From: an uncultured Acidobacteriota bacterium | GTDB taxonomy: Bacteria > Acidobacteriota > Thermoanaerobaculia > Gp7-AA8 | DNA: 64,000 nt | Assembly (NCBI GenBank): GCA_963822445.1 | Contig: CAWGHO010000001.1 | Location: 512,001-576,000 of the forward strand | Direction of reading: 5' to 3' | Shown here: positions 43,615 to 53,398 of the stretch, piece by piece | Numbering within the stretch: the stretch's first letter is position 1 | How the letters are laid out: each line of letters starts with the position of its first letter | Made by a program: the position numbers and the translations under genes | The notes under the pieces: model-generated | The model's database searches: none | Seen by the model: only the letters and a program-made list of their open reading frames with translations | What the model was told of the DNA's origin: nothing

Positions 43615-44568
43615 TTAGCTGTTGATCACGTCGAGGAAGAGGTCGTAGAAGGCATCGGCGTCCGCGTCGAGCATCACGTCGATCGATGCGCCGTTCGGAT
43701 CTTCGACGAGCTGGCCGGAGTGGTCGGCCTCTTCGTCGAGCTCCTGCACGACGCGCAGCTTCAGCGTCCTACCGGATGCGATGGGCGGATCGGTGAGCAC
43801 CGCGGCCGCGAGCGGATCCCAGAAGAAAAAGTCGCCGCTCTGCACGAAGGGGATGTCGGCAGTCAGCGTCTGATAGATGAACGCCGCCTGCGGCGTGGTG
43901 TGACGCTGCTGGATGCGGTCGTAGAACGGCAGATTCAGCGGAACGTGATCGGACGCGTCGAGCGGGACCAGCGTGACCGGGACGCCGGAGTCGAAAATGT
44001 ACTGACCGCCGAGCGGATCGAGGAAGAAGTTCCACTCCGCGACCGTGTTCAAGTAATCGGGATCGACCACGTTGACGTTGCCGGGAACGAGGATCGCGCC
44101 GCCCATCATCACGATGCGCTCGATCTTCGGCGCGACTTCGGGACAGGTGTGCAGGAGCGTGCCGAGGTTCGTGCCGCCGCCGATGGCGAGAATGGTCATC
44201 GGCTCGGGCGATGCCTCGAGCGCCGCGCGGAGAAAGTCGACGGCGCTTTCGTTCACCGGCGAATTCGGATTCGTTGGAAGCGGAACGTTGTAGACCGCGT
44301 CGATCGGTCCGCGGATCGACTGCGGAAAGACATTGCTGTAGCTCAGCGGCGCGCTCGTTCCCTTCGCCACCGGGATGCCGGGCTTGCCCGTGAGTTGGAG
44401 AAGATCGAGCGCGTTGCGCGTGCCGGGCGTGAGGTGGCATGCGCCGACGCCGGTCGTAGTGACGCCGCGGAGATCGACGCTGGGATGCATCGAGAGATAG
44501 AGGATGGCCATCCAGTCGTCGATGTCGACGTCCGTGTCGATCAGCACAGGGATTCGCATGGCGGTCAT
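43615..44568 (-). CDS. Nucleoside hydrolase
   Basis: DTDVDIDD, MMGGA, AEWNFFLDP, VPLD, FFWDP. Confidence 0.92.
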   Translation of the reverse strand: MTAMRIPVLIDTDVDIDDWMAILYLSMHPSVDLRGVTTTGVGACHLTPGTRNALDLLQLTGKPGIPVAKGTSAPLSYSNVFPQSIRGPIDAVYNVPLPTNPNSPVNESAVDFLRAALEASPEPMTILAIGGGTNLGTLLHTCPEVAPKIERIVMMGGAILVPGNVNVVDPDYLNTVAEWNFFLDPLGGQYIFDSGVPVTLVPLDASDHVPLNLPFYDRIQQRHTTPQAAFIYQTLTADIPFVQSGDFFFWDPLAAAVLTDPPIASGRTLKLRVVQELDEEADHSGQLVEDPNGASIDVMLDADADAFYDLFLDVINS

Positions 44569-44627
44569 CGTATCAGCCCGCAGGGATGTTAGGATGCACA
44601 TCCATCCCTAAAACCGAAGGAGGCAGC

Positions 44628-45575
44628 ATGGACGTCATCCTCGTGCACGACGCTGCGATCGACGAGTACATGTCGCAGGTGCTTCTGACCACCATGCCCG
44701 GGATCAATCTCCTGGGCGCCGTGATCGTCAACGCCGACTGCATCGACTCCGCGGCCATGCAGACCGCCTGGCAGATCATGAGCTACATCGATCGCACCGA
44801 CATTCCGATGGGACTCAGCGGCGCGCGCGGATGGAATCCGTTTCCCTGGCAGTACCGCAGCGACTGCGTTCGCGAGTCGGCCATCACCTGCCTCAAAGAC
44901 TTTCGGCCGAATCCGAAGTGGCCGCCGTTCCCCGACGGCGACGCGCTGCTGCAGTCTCTGATGGAGGCGGCTGCAGGGCCGGTGACGCTGCTGGTGACGT
45001 GTCCGTTCACGCCGATCATGACTCTGCTGCAGCAGTCGCCTGCACTGGCATCGAAGATCGAGCAGATGATCTGGATGGGCGGCGCGATCAACGTCGCCGG
45101 CAATCTCGATCCGACCACCGTGCCGACCCCGCCGTGGAACAACTGCGCGGAGTGGAATGCCTTCTGGGATGCGGTGTCGGTCGACTGGGTCTTCAGGAAC
45201 ACGACCTGTCCGATCATCCAGTTCCCGCTGGACATGACCAATCGGGCCGCGATCACGACCAGCTTCATGGAGACGCTGGCCGTACAGGCATCGAACGGCT
45301 CACGCTACTCCGAGCTCGCGTTCGAGAGCTACATGCTAGTGAGCTACGAGACGTTCTATGACATGTGGGACGTCGTCACCACCTGCTGGCTCGCGGACCA
45401 GAGCTTCTTCCAGCCGCCGACGACGATGAGCCTCGCGATCGATGCGACGCTGAGCAACACGCAGGGCTGCATCAAGCCGGTGGCCGGCGGACGCGAAGTG
45501 CAGGTGGTGTTGAATTTCTCCGCGAACGGCCAGCAGGCGTTTTACGACTACGTGGCGAAACAGTTCAACCGGTAA
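44628..45575 (+). CDS. Nucleoside hydrolase (IAG-type-like)
   Basis: AGGAGG RBS; HDAAIDE, NADC, WMGGA, AEWNAFWD, PLDMT, YDMWD. Confidence 0.9.
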   Translation: MDVILVHDAAIDEYMSQVLLTTMPGINLLGAVIVNADCIDSAAMQTAWQIMSYIDRTDIPMGLSGARGWNPFPWQYRSDCVRESAITCLKDFRPNPKWPPFPDGDALLQSLMEAAAGPVTLLVTCPFTPIMTLLQQSPALASKIEQMIWMGGAINVAGNLDPTTVPTPPWNNCAEWNAFWDAVSVDWVFRNTTCPIIQFPLDMTNRAAITTSFMETLAVQASNGSRYSELAFESYMLVSYETFYDMWDVVTTCWLADQSFFQPPTTMSLAIDATLSNTQGCIKPVAGGREVQVVLNFSANGQQAFYDYVAKQFNR

Positions 45576-45579
45576 ACCC

Positions 45580-45619
45580 GAGATCCTTCCCCTTCGCATT
45601 GCTCAGGGTCAGGATGACA
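45580..45619. repeat. REP-like short intergenic element (GAGATCC...TCAGGATGAC type)
   Basis: GAGATCCTTCCCCTTCGCATTGCTCAGGGTCAGGATGACA resembles a widespread palindromic repeat class; single copy in this window. Confidence 0.5.
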
Positions 45620-45964
45620 CCGGAAGCCGCTGCAGACCTCGAACGCCGACATCGTCGCCTGGAACAATCGCACGCCAGCCCCTGCACATGCGCCTGCGCG
45701 TCGGACAGCGGCTTCCCGTCCGCGCCGAAAGGGCCACGGCTGCCGCCGGTCGGCGATTGCAAAGGCGCAATCATGAAACACAACGTTCCGCTTTGCGTCG
45801 CTGCTCTCGCCGTCGCTCACGCCGTCGCCGCGCAAGCCGCGTCAATGAGATCGGCCTTTCTCCCGAGGGCAGCCTGTGGGTCCTCAGCGCCATCGGCAAT
45901 GCGTATGGCAGCGCGACGGCACCCAACCTCTATACAACGCTTCCTTCTCCGCTACCCGCGACTC

Positions 45965-46014
45965 CCGCCCTGCCACGCCGGGGGTCGCGGGTTGGAGCCC
46001 CGCCGGCGCCGCGC
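45965..46014 (+). repeat. Degenerate copy of the tRNA-Asp 3' half
   Basis: 41/50 identity to 13592-13641 by manual alignment. Confidence 0.65.
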
Positions 46015-46090
46015 CGCCGCGAGCTGTTCGAGAGAGCGCGCGCTGACCTCCGATGCACGGGAAGCCGATGCCGGAGAGCCGGCAGGGGCG

Positions 46091-46961
46091 TCACATCCCC
46101 ACGGGATGCCAGACCGTCTTCGACTCCTGGAAGTCGTAGATGGCGTAGGGGCTCTGGGAGCGCGTCTCGTCGTCCCAACCTATCCTCGCGCCGTCGAAGT
46201 GCACCACCCGCTTCACGTTCTCCGCGGCGGCTTTCTGTGTAGCCGGGATCGCTTCAGCGGTCACGCCGGTGATGTCGATGGCGTTCACATCCATATGGGA
46301 CGCGAGCCACGGGACGAGCTCGCTCTTCAGGCCGGAGATCAAATTGATGACCCCGCCGGGTACATCCGAGGTCTCGAACGCCTCGGCCAGGGTGATGGCC
46401 GGCAGCGGACGCTTTTCCGAGGTGACGGCCACGACCGTATTGCCACCGACGATGGCCGGTGCAATTCGGCTGACCAGACCGAGCAGCGACGGCTCTTCGG
46501 GAGCGATCACGCCTACCACGCCAGTCGGCTCGGGAACGGTGAAGTTGTAATACGGGCCGGCCACCGGATTCACGGAGCCGAACGATCTGCGTGTATTTGT
46601 CGCTCCAGCCGGCGTAATAGACCCACCGATCGACGACCTGCTCCACTTCCCGCCGCGCCTCGGCCGCGCTCGAACCCTGCTGGCGCAACTCGTCAGTCAG
46701 TTCGGCAGCCCGCGCCTCGCACACCTCGGCGATGCGATAGAGGATCTGCCCGCGGTTGTACGCGGTCTTTCCGCTCCACCCGCCAAATGCCTTGCGCGCC
46801 GCGACGACGGCATTGCGCAGGTCTTTCCTCGATCCGCGGCAGGCGTTCGCGAGCAACTCTCCCCCTTTGCCGAGTACCGGATAGAAGCGTCCCGATTCGG
46901 TGCGCGGAAACTCACCATTGATGTACAGCTTGTAGGTCTTGCGGACGTTCAGTCTGGCCAT
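46091..46961 (-). CDS. Short aldehyde dehydrogenase family protein, frameshift near 46580
   Basis: MARLNVRKTYKLYING..., then NPVAGPYYNFTVPEPTGVV...ESKTVWHP in another frame. Confidence 0.85.
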
Positions 46962-46963
46962 GA

Positions 46964-48463
46964 TTACGACAGATGCACGTACGGCGCGAGGCCGTGCAAG
47001 CCGCCTTCGCGTCCGAATCCCGATTCCTTGTATCCGCCGAACGGCGAGGTCGGGTCGAACTTGTTGTAGGTGTTCGCCCAGACCACGCCCGCGCGGAGCT
47101 TCGACGCCATCTTGAGAATGCGCGAGCCCTTGTCCGTCCAGACACCGGCCGACAATCCATACGGCGTGTTGTTCGCCTTTTCCAATGCCTCTTCCGGCGT
47201 GCGGAAAGTCAGCACGGACAGACCGGACCAAAGATTTCTTCCTGCGCGATGCGATACGACTGCGAAACGCCCGTGAAGAACGTCGGCGCGAACCAGTAGC
47301 CTCGCGCCGGCAGCGCGCATTGCGACTGCACCATCTCCGCGCCTTCTTCGACGCCGCTGTCGACGAGCTCGCGGATCTTGTCGAGCTGCATCCGCGAGTT
47401 GATCGCGCCGACGTCGGTGTTCTTGTCGAGCGGATTGCCGACGCGCAGCGTCTGAATGCGGTCGCGCAGTTTGCGGATCACCGGCTCGACGATCGATTCC
47501 TGCACGAACAGACGCGAGCCCGGCGCAGCAGACGTGGCCCTGATTGAAGTAGATGCCGTTGATGATGCCTTCGACAGCCTGGTCGATCGGTGCATCATCG
47601 AACATGATGTTCGGCGCTTTGCCGCCCAGTTCGAGCGTCAGCTTCTTTTCGTCCCGGCCAGTGCGCGTTGAATCCGCTTGCCGACTTCTGTCGATGCCGG
47701 TGAAGGCGATCTTGTCGACGTCGGGATGGGATACGAGCGCAGCGCCGGTTCCACCAGCGCCGGTGATGATGTTCACAACGCCCTGCGGCAAATCGGCTTC
47801 CTGGATGATCTCGGCGAGCATCAACGCGGTGAGCGGCGTCGTCTCGGCCGGCTTCAGTACGACCGTGTTTCCGGCTGCGAGTGCCGGCGCGATCTTCCAC
47901 GCCGCCATCAGCAGCGGAAAGTTCCAGGGGATGATCTGCCCTGCAACGCCGAGCGGTGCACGATTGCGATTCGGGAAACGCGTACTCGAGCTTGTCCGCC
48001 CAGCCCGCGTAATAGAAAAAGTGCGCCGCGGCAAGCGGGATGTCGATATCGCGCGACTCTTTGATCGGCTTGCCGCCGTCCATCGTCTCGAGCACCGCCA
48101 ATGCCCGCGACTTTTCCTGAATCAGCCGGGCGATGCGGAAGATGTATTTCGCCCGCTCGGACGGCCGAGCTTCCGCCACGATTTCTCATAAGCCCGCCGC
48201 GCCTCTTTGACGGCACGATCGACGTCTTCGGCATCCGCTTCAGCGACTTCAGCCAGCGTTTCTTCCGTCGCCGGATTGATCGTCTCGAACCATTTCTTCG
48301 AATGGGGCTCGACGAACTTCCCGCCGATGAAGAGATTCTGCTTTTTGGCGATCTTGACGTGATCGGTGGCCTCGATGGAGGGCGCGTACTCCCAGATCGC
48401 GGAGGAAGCGGCTCCCGGCGTAAGGCGCTCGCGAGTTTCGATTTCAGAGGTGGTCATGATCAA
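46964..48463 (-). CDS. Aldehyde dehydrogenase, several frameshifts
   Basis: IIPWNFP, LKPAETTP, AFTG, LELGGK, QEEIFGP, PFGGYKESG spread over different frames. Confidence 0.88.
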
Positions 48464-49415
48464 TCAATCGTGAAGTAGTCGGCGGACTGATACGCGCCGG
48501 ACTGTTCTTTTCTGAGCTGCATGAGAATGTCATTGAGAAGGGAGCTGGCGCCGAGGCGGAAGAGATCGGGGTTCATCCACTCGCCGCCGAGGGTTTCATA
48601 GAGGAGGACGAGGTAGGCCAAGGCCAGCTTGGCATTGGCAATCCCGCCGGCCGGCTTCATCCCGATTTTCTTGCCCGTGGCATGGTGGAAATCGCGAATG
48701 GCCTCGAACATGACCAGCGTGACCGGCAGAGTGGCATTGACGTCACTTTTCCGGTCGAGGTCTTGATGAAATCGGCGCCGGCGTACATCGAAATGAGCGA
48801 CGCTTTGCGAACCTGGTCGTAATTGGCCAATTCGCCGGTTTCGAGAATGACTTTCAAGTGCGCGGGACCGCAGGCTTCTTTGACTTCCGCGACCTCGTCG
48901 AACACCTTTTGATAGTCGCCGGAGAGGAATGCGCCGCGATCGATGACCATATCGATCTCGTCGGCACCCGCGGCGACGGTCCGCCGGGTTTCCTCGATCT
49001 TGATCTCGGAGAAGGTCTGTCCGCTCGGGAACCCGGTCGCAACGGCGGCGGTCTTGACGCCGGTCCCCTTCAGCGCCTTATGAACGAAGGGCACCATCGT
49101 CGGATAGACGCAGACCGCGCCCACGTGAGGAATGGTGTGATCGGATGGATCGGGCCGGATTGCCTTCTGACACAGCGCGCGAACTTTGCCGGGCGTGTCT
49201 TTGCCCTCCAGCGTGGTGAGGTCGATCATGCTGATGGCCAGCTTGAGACCCCACACTTTCGCCTCTTTTTTCAGCGACCGTTTCGCCAGAGAGGCGGCCC
49301 GCTCTTCGAGGGCCACGGCATCGACGCCGTGCGCGAGCTCGAGGGCATCGCCGAGGCTGCGGCGAAACATCGCCGGCGCAAAGGTCGACGAGTGTGCAAC
49401 CAGTGATTCAGACAT
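48460..49415 (-). CDS. deoC: Deoxyribose-phosphate aldolase, frameshift near 48740
   Basis: DLTTLEG, VCVYP, TGFPSG, EIDMV, LKVILETGEL, FIKTSTGK, then KPAGGI, FRLGASSL. Confidence 0.92.
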
Positions 49416-49482
49416 GGGAGCGATAAGGTAGCAGAGATGCGCGTGCGGCGGGCATCTCGCCCGCCGGACGCGCGGCGTTCCC

Positions 49483-51514
49483 TTAATCGACGGGGGTTTC
49501 GGAGGGAGTCGGAGCCGTCGGCAGAGACGGGCTGCTCGCACGGCGGCGTCCGCCACCGGACAGGTCGGGGAGCAGCTCCCAGTTCGACCCGGTCCACTGC
49601 CAGTTTTCGGAGAAGTAGAAGCCGGCAAAGCCGCCGTAGAGCGTCAACCGCTTCGCGACCGGATCGTAGGCGACGCGGCCGTTCTGTCGCGGGTCGGGAG
49701 AGGTCGCCGGAGACAGCTTCGTCCACGTGCTCGCGGCGCCGTCCCACAGCCAGGTTTCGTTGTCGTAGAACTGGCGGCGGGATGTTTCCTTGTCGGGATC
49801 GGCCAGCTCGGACTTCATGCCGCCGAAGAGCAGCAGTTTGCCGGTGACCGGATCGATGGCGTACTGCGGTCCCAGCCGCTCGCCCGGGCGTGGTCGTGAC
49901 GTTCAGCTTCGTCCAGCCGGTGCCGGTGAACGCCCACATGTCGCTGAAGCGCTCGACGTGGTCTTCGATGCTGTCGCGACCGATGCCGCCGTAGATGAGG
50001 GTCTTCTTCTGCAGCGGGTCGTACCACATCGCATGCAGGCTCCGGTTATCCGGCTTGTCCTTCTTGACCTCGGTCCAGTTCGCGCCGTCCCAGGTCCAGG
50101 TGTCGTCGCGGAAGTCCTGCCCGTCGTAACCGCCGAACAGGATCACTTTCTTGAGGGTCTCGTCGTACACCAGCGTGCCGAAGCGGCGCGCGTCAGGCCT
50201 GTCTTTGGTGGTCTCGATCTTCTTGAAGGCCGCGCCATCGAACTCGTAGACGTCGATCTCGAGATCGCCGGACGGCCAGCAGGCGAAGACGACCTTCGAG
50301 CGATTCGTGTCGAAGACAGCCAGGGGTGCGTCGCACCGGCCCGGGACGTCTTTCGCGGCCTTCATGAACCACTGGCCGTTTCGCATGCCCCACATGTCCT
50401 CGAGGTAACTGCTGCTGTACTCGTTGAGGCCGCCGAAGAGCCAGACGGTCTGCGTCGCCGGATCGCTGGTCATGGTGAAGAGCGACCGCGGCGAGGGGCG
50501 CGCGTTGTTGATCCCGAAACGCCAGTTGGCGTTGCTGTAGAGAAGGGTGAGGCTCCGCGGCGTGGGAGAGCCGACTTCCGACCCGCCGTACAGCACGGTC
50601 GTCCCGCGCAACGCGTCATGACCGAGCGAGGCAGCGACGATGCGGCCGAGGGACATCGTCTTGATCTCTGTCCAGGTCGTGCCGTTCCATTCCCAGGTCT
50701 TGTCGAGAGCGACGCCGCAATTGCCGCCGATCGACATCAGCGTGTTGTTGTGGCTCTGGTAAACCATCACCGAGTCGTTCGCGCAGTCCGGAAGCGTCTC
50801 CGGCGTCAGCTTGACCCAGGCCTTGGCCACCGCGTCGAAGCGATACATCGCCGTTTTCGACTCGGCGTCGAGGCCGAGGAGGATCGTCTGGTTCCGGGCC
50901 GCGTCGTAGGCCATCGTCGGCCGGGTCAGCTTCACCGACTCATCGCCGACCTGGGTCCAGGTCGTGCCATCGAACTCCCACGTATCCGACTTCGTCGTGG
51001 GGGTGATGCCGTCCGTGCCGACGGTGAAACCGCCGTAGAGGACCATGCGGTCGCGCACGGAGTCGTAAGCCATGGCCGAAAGCTGACGGGGACCGGGCGT
51101 CGTCGCCGGATTGAGCTCGGTCCAGTCACCGTTGGCGTAAGCCCAGGTGTCGCCGAGGTCGTTGACCTCGCCAGTGGCCAGTCCGAGCTGCTCCCTGCCG
51201 CCGAACAGGACGATGCGGCCGCGGGCGGAGTCGTAGGCCATCACGTGCGCGCTGCGCGCGGAGGGGGTGTGCGCCGGGTAACGCTGCACCCAGCGAACGC
51301 CGGTCCAGGCCCAGGTCTCATCGGAGTCGTAGGCCCGCTGCGTGCCGTTGTCGAACGCGCTCGTGCCGCCGAAGAGGATCAGCTCGCCCCCCTGCGCATC
51401 GAAGGCCAGGCGCGCGTAGTTGCGCGGCGAGGGATTGGCTGCGAAGGCGTTTGCGGTGAGTAGGACGGCCGCCAGAGCGGCGAAAAGCAGTCGTTTCGGT
51501 GAGAAAACGCTCAT
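49483..51514 (-). CDS. Secreted Kelch-like beta-propeller protein, frameshift near 49885
   Basis: Signal peptide; repeated YD...LFGG...DTW.WDG..W units; C-terminal GGRRRA. Confidence 0.85.
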
Positions 51515-51705
51515 CCGTGAAGAGGCCTCGTCATCGTTTAATTGGTTGGTGCTCCGCGAGTTGCGCGCGGGCCGGTTTGGCGTCGATCCGAACCCGGCCC
51601 TTCGGGGGTAAATTCCGATTCGTTCCTGAGACGGATGAGCCCCAAAAAGGAAACGCGCCGGCGGTTCGGCCGGCGCGTTTCAGGTCACGAAATCGTGGTT
51701 CGCGG

Positions 51706-51939
51706 CTACTCGCCCGGTCGCGGGTGAACGCCGTACTGCTCGGCGATGCTCACCAGACGTTGTTCCACATCATCCCCGCCCAGCGTGGTGCGGATCTTCT
51801 CGATCTCGGCCATCTCCGCGTCCTCGAGAGCAAACCCGTGCGACTGCAGCGCTTCCTGCGGGCTGTCGATGAGCCGCCGCCGAAACTCGGGATGCTCGAT
51901 CGCCCGACGGACGACCGCCCCGATCATTTCATTTCGCAT
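51706..51939 (-). CDS. Small NHLP-clan (Os1348/Franean1_4349-like) protein
   Basis: GGAGG RBS; VVRRAIEHPEFRRRLIDSPQEALQSHGFAL. Confidence 0.7.
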   Translation of the reverse strand: MRNEMIGAVVRRAIEHPEFRRRLIDSPQEALQSHGFALEDAEMAEIEKIRTTLGGDDVEQRLVSIAEQYGVHPRPGE

Positions 51940-51981
51940 GCTTGTGCCTCCCGAAGGTGAGAGGAGCAAGAGGTGGGCCTG

Positions 51982-52093
51982 TGTTGCGGGGTTACGGGGG
52001 TGCGGGGTTACGGGGTTTCGCGGTTCGGGTCAGGCGCGACTCGTGACTGCAAACCTCGCAACCCCGAAACCTCGTAACCCCGAAACCCCGAAA
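51982..52093. repeat. Inverted arrays of 8-bp tandem repeats
   Basis: (GGTTRCGG)n at 51982-52029 and complementary (CCCCGAAA/CCTCGYAA)n at 52052-52093. Confidence 0.75.
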
Positions 52094-52094
52094 A

Positions 52095-53390
52095 TCAGCT
52101 CCGCCACCTCACCGTGACCAGCACTTCCTTCAGCTCCAGCGGAAAGCGGCTGTCGACGTCGTGCTGGGTGTACTCCGCGGTCACGTCCAGGCCATGTTTG
52201 AGGCCGACGCGGATGCCGGCGTCGACTTTCGCCCAGTCCCAAAAGACGCTCGGCGCGGGGAAAGTCGGCCCGACGAAGTCGTTGTCGATGACGCTGTAGC
52301 GGGCCGCGGGCTGGATGGACTCGATCCAGCCGAGATTGAGCGTAAACTGGTAGCCTAGCTCCACTTCCCATCCGAACCGCTCCAGCCCGGCTACTTCCTG
52401 CGTCGTGTACTGCGCCGTCCCGGCCAGACCGCCCCACTCGCCGTACAACCGCGCGCCGTACTCCTCTTTGTCGTCGCTGGTGATCGGCAGACTGCCCTGC
52501 CCGAACGCACCATCGAGCAGATCGATGTCGCCGTTGTAGAAGGTCCCGTAAAGATCCGCCGACTGGGCGAGCTCCCGTTTGTAATGAAAGACGATCAGAT
52601 CGAAACCAGCTCGCTGATCTTCGGTCTGCCAGCGATATCCGAGGGCTTCGCCGATCTCCACGTTTCCAGTCTCGAAGACCAGGCTCTCCACTTCGGCGTC
52701 GTACAGGATCGGAAAGCCGCTCTTGATGTCGACGCTCGGATTCGGCGGCACACGATTCGGCTTGCCGTTGTCCCCCGCCAGCGCGTTCGGATCGCGCATG
52801 AACACGGGATTCCCATTCGAGGCCTGCGCGCGCCAGTAGAAATTGCGGCCGACCGTGCCGCCGACGAGGAACTGCGTGTCTTCGAAGCGATTGAAGGACG
52901 TGGCCGCGAGGCCGTAGCTCTCGAGCAGGCGCGTCGGCTGCCGTTCCATCTTCGGGGCCTTGCCGGCCTGCGCGAAAAAGCTCGTGCCGCTCGGCCGGTC
53001 GAGCATCTCCGGCTTCTTTCCGACGCGGATGAACAGCTCATCGGCGTCGATCTGGCGATCGTTCGAGGTCGGATTCGCGCGATGCAGTGCCTGGGCGTGG
53101 ATCTTCGCGCGCGCCAGGAACCACTCGCCGTAACCGAGATCGAAGGTCACGTCGGCGACGTTCAGCTCGACGTGGCTTCCGGGGTCGGGCGTCTGTAGCA
53201 GCACGCGCGTCTGGCCCGGCGGGATGAAACTCGGTGGGAAGGGGAATGGAATCGGATGCGACTCTTCATCGCTCCATCGATAGTCGGCGCGAAGCTCGAA
53301 GCGGTGGCTCCAGGTCCAGGTGTTCTGCGCGAGAGCGGCCGGGCAAACGACGAGCAGCGCGATTACAGCGACAACCAACTTTTGCAGCAT
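52095..53390 (-). CDS. Outer-membrane beta-barrel (porin-like) protein
   Basis: Signal peptide, alternating aromatic strands, C-terminal VLVTVRWRS. Confidence 0.7.
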   Translation of the reverse strand: MLQKLVVAVIALLVVCPAALAQNTWTWSHRFELRADYRWSDEESHPIPFPFPPSFIPPGQTRVLLQTPDPGSHVELNVADVTFDLGYGEWFLARAKIHAQALHRANPTSNDRQIDADELFIRVGKKPEMLDRPSGTSFFAQAGKAPKMERQPTRLLESYGLAATSFNRFEDTQFLVGGTVGRNFYWRAQASNGNPVFMRDPNALAGDNGKPNRVPPNPSVDIKSGFPILYDAEVESLVFETGNVEIGEALGYRWQTEDQRAGFDLIVFHYKRELAQSADLYGTFYNGDIDLLDGAFGQGSLPITSDDKEEYGARLYGEWGGLAGTAQYTTQEVAGLERFGWEVELGYQFTLNLGWIESIQPAARYSVIDNDFVGPTFPAPSVFWDWAKVDAGIRVGLKHGLDVTAEYTQHDVDSRFPLELKEVLVTVRWRS

Positions 53391-53398
53391 GACGAATT

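Noticed and set aside
45774-45960. Signal-peptide-like MKHNVPLCVAALAVAHAVAA start
   Set aside because: No coherent downstream domain; possibly a remnant but not callable
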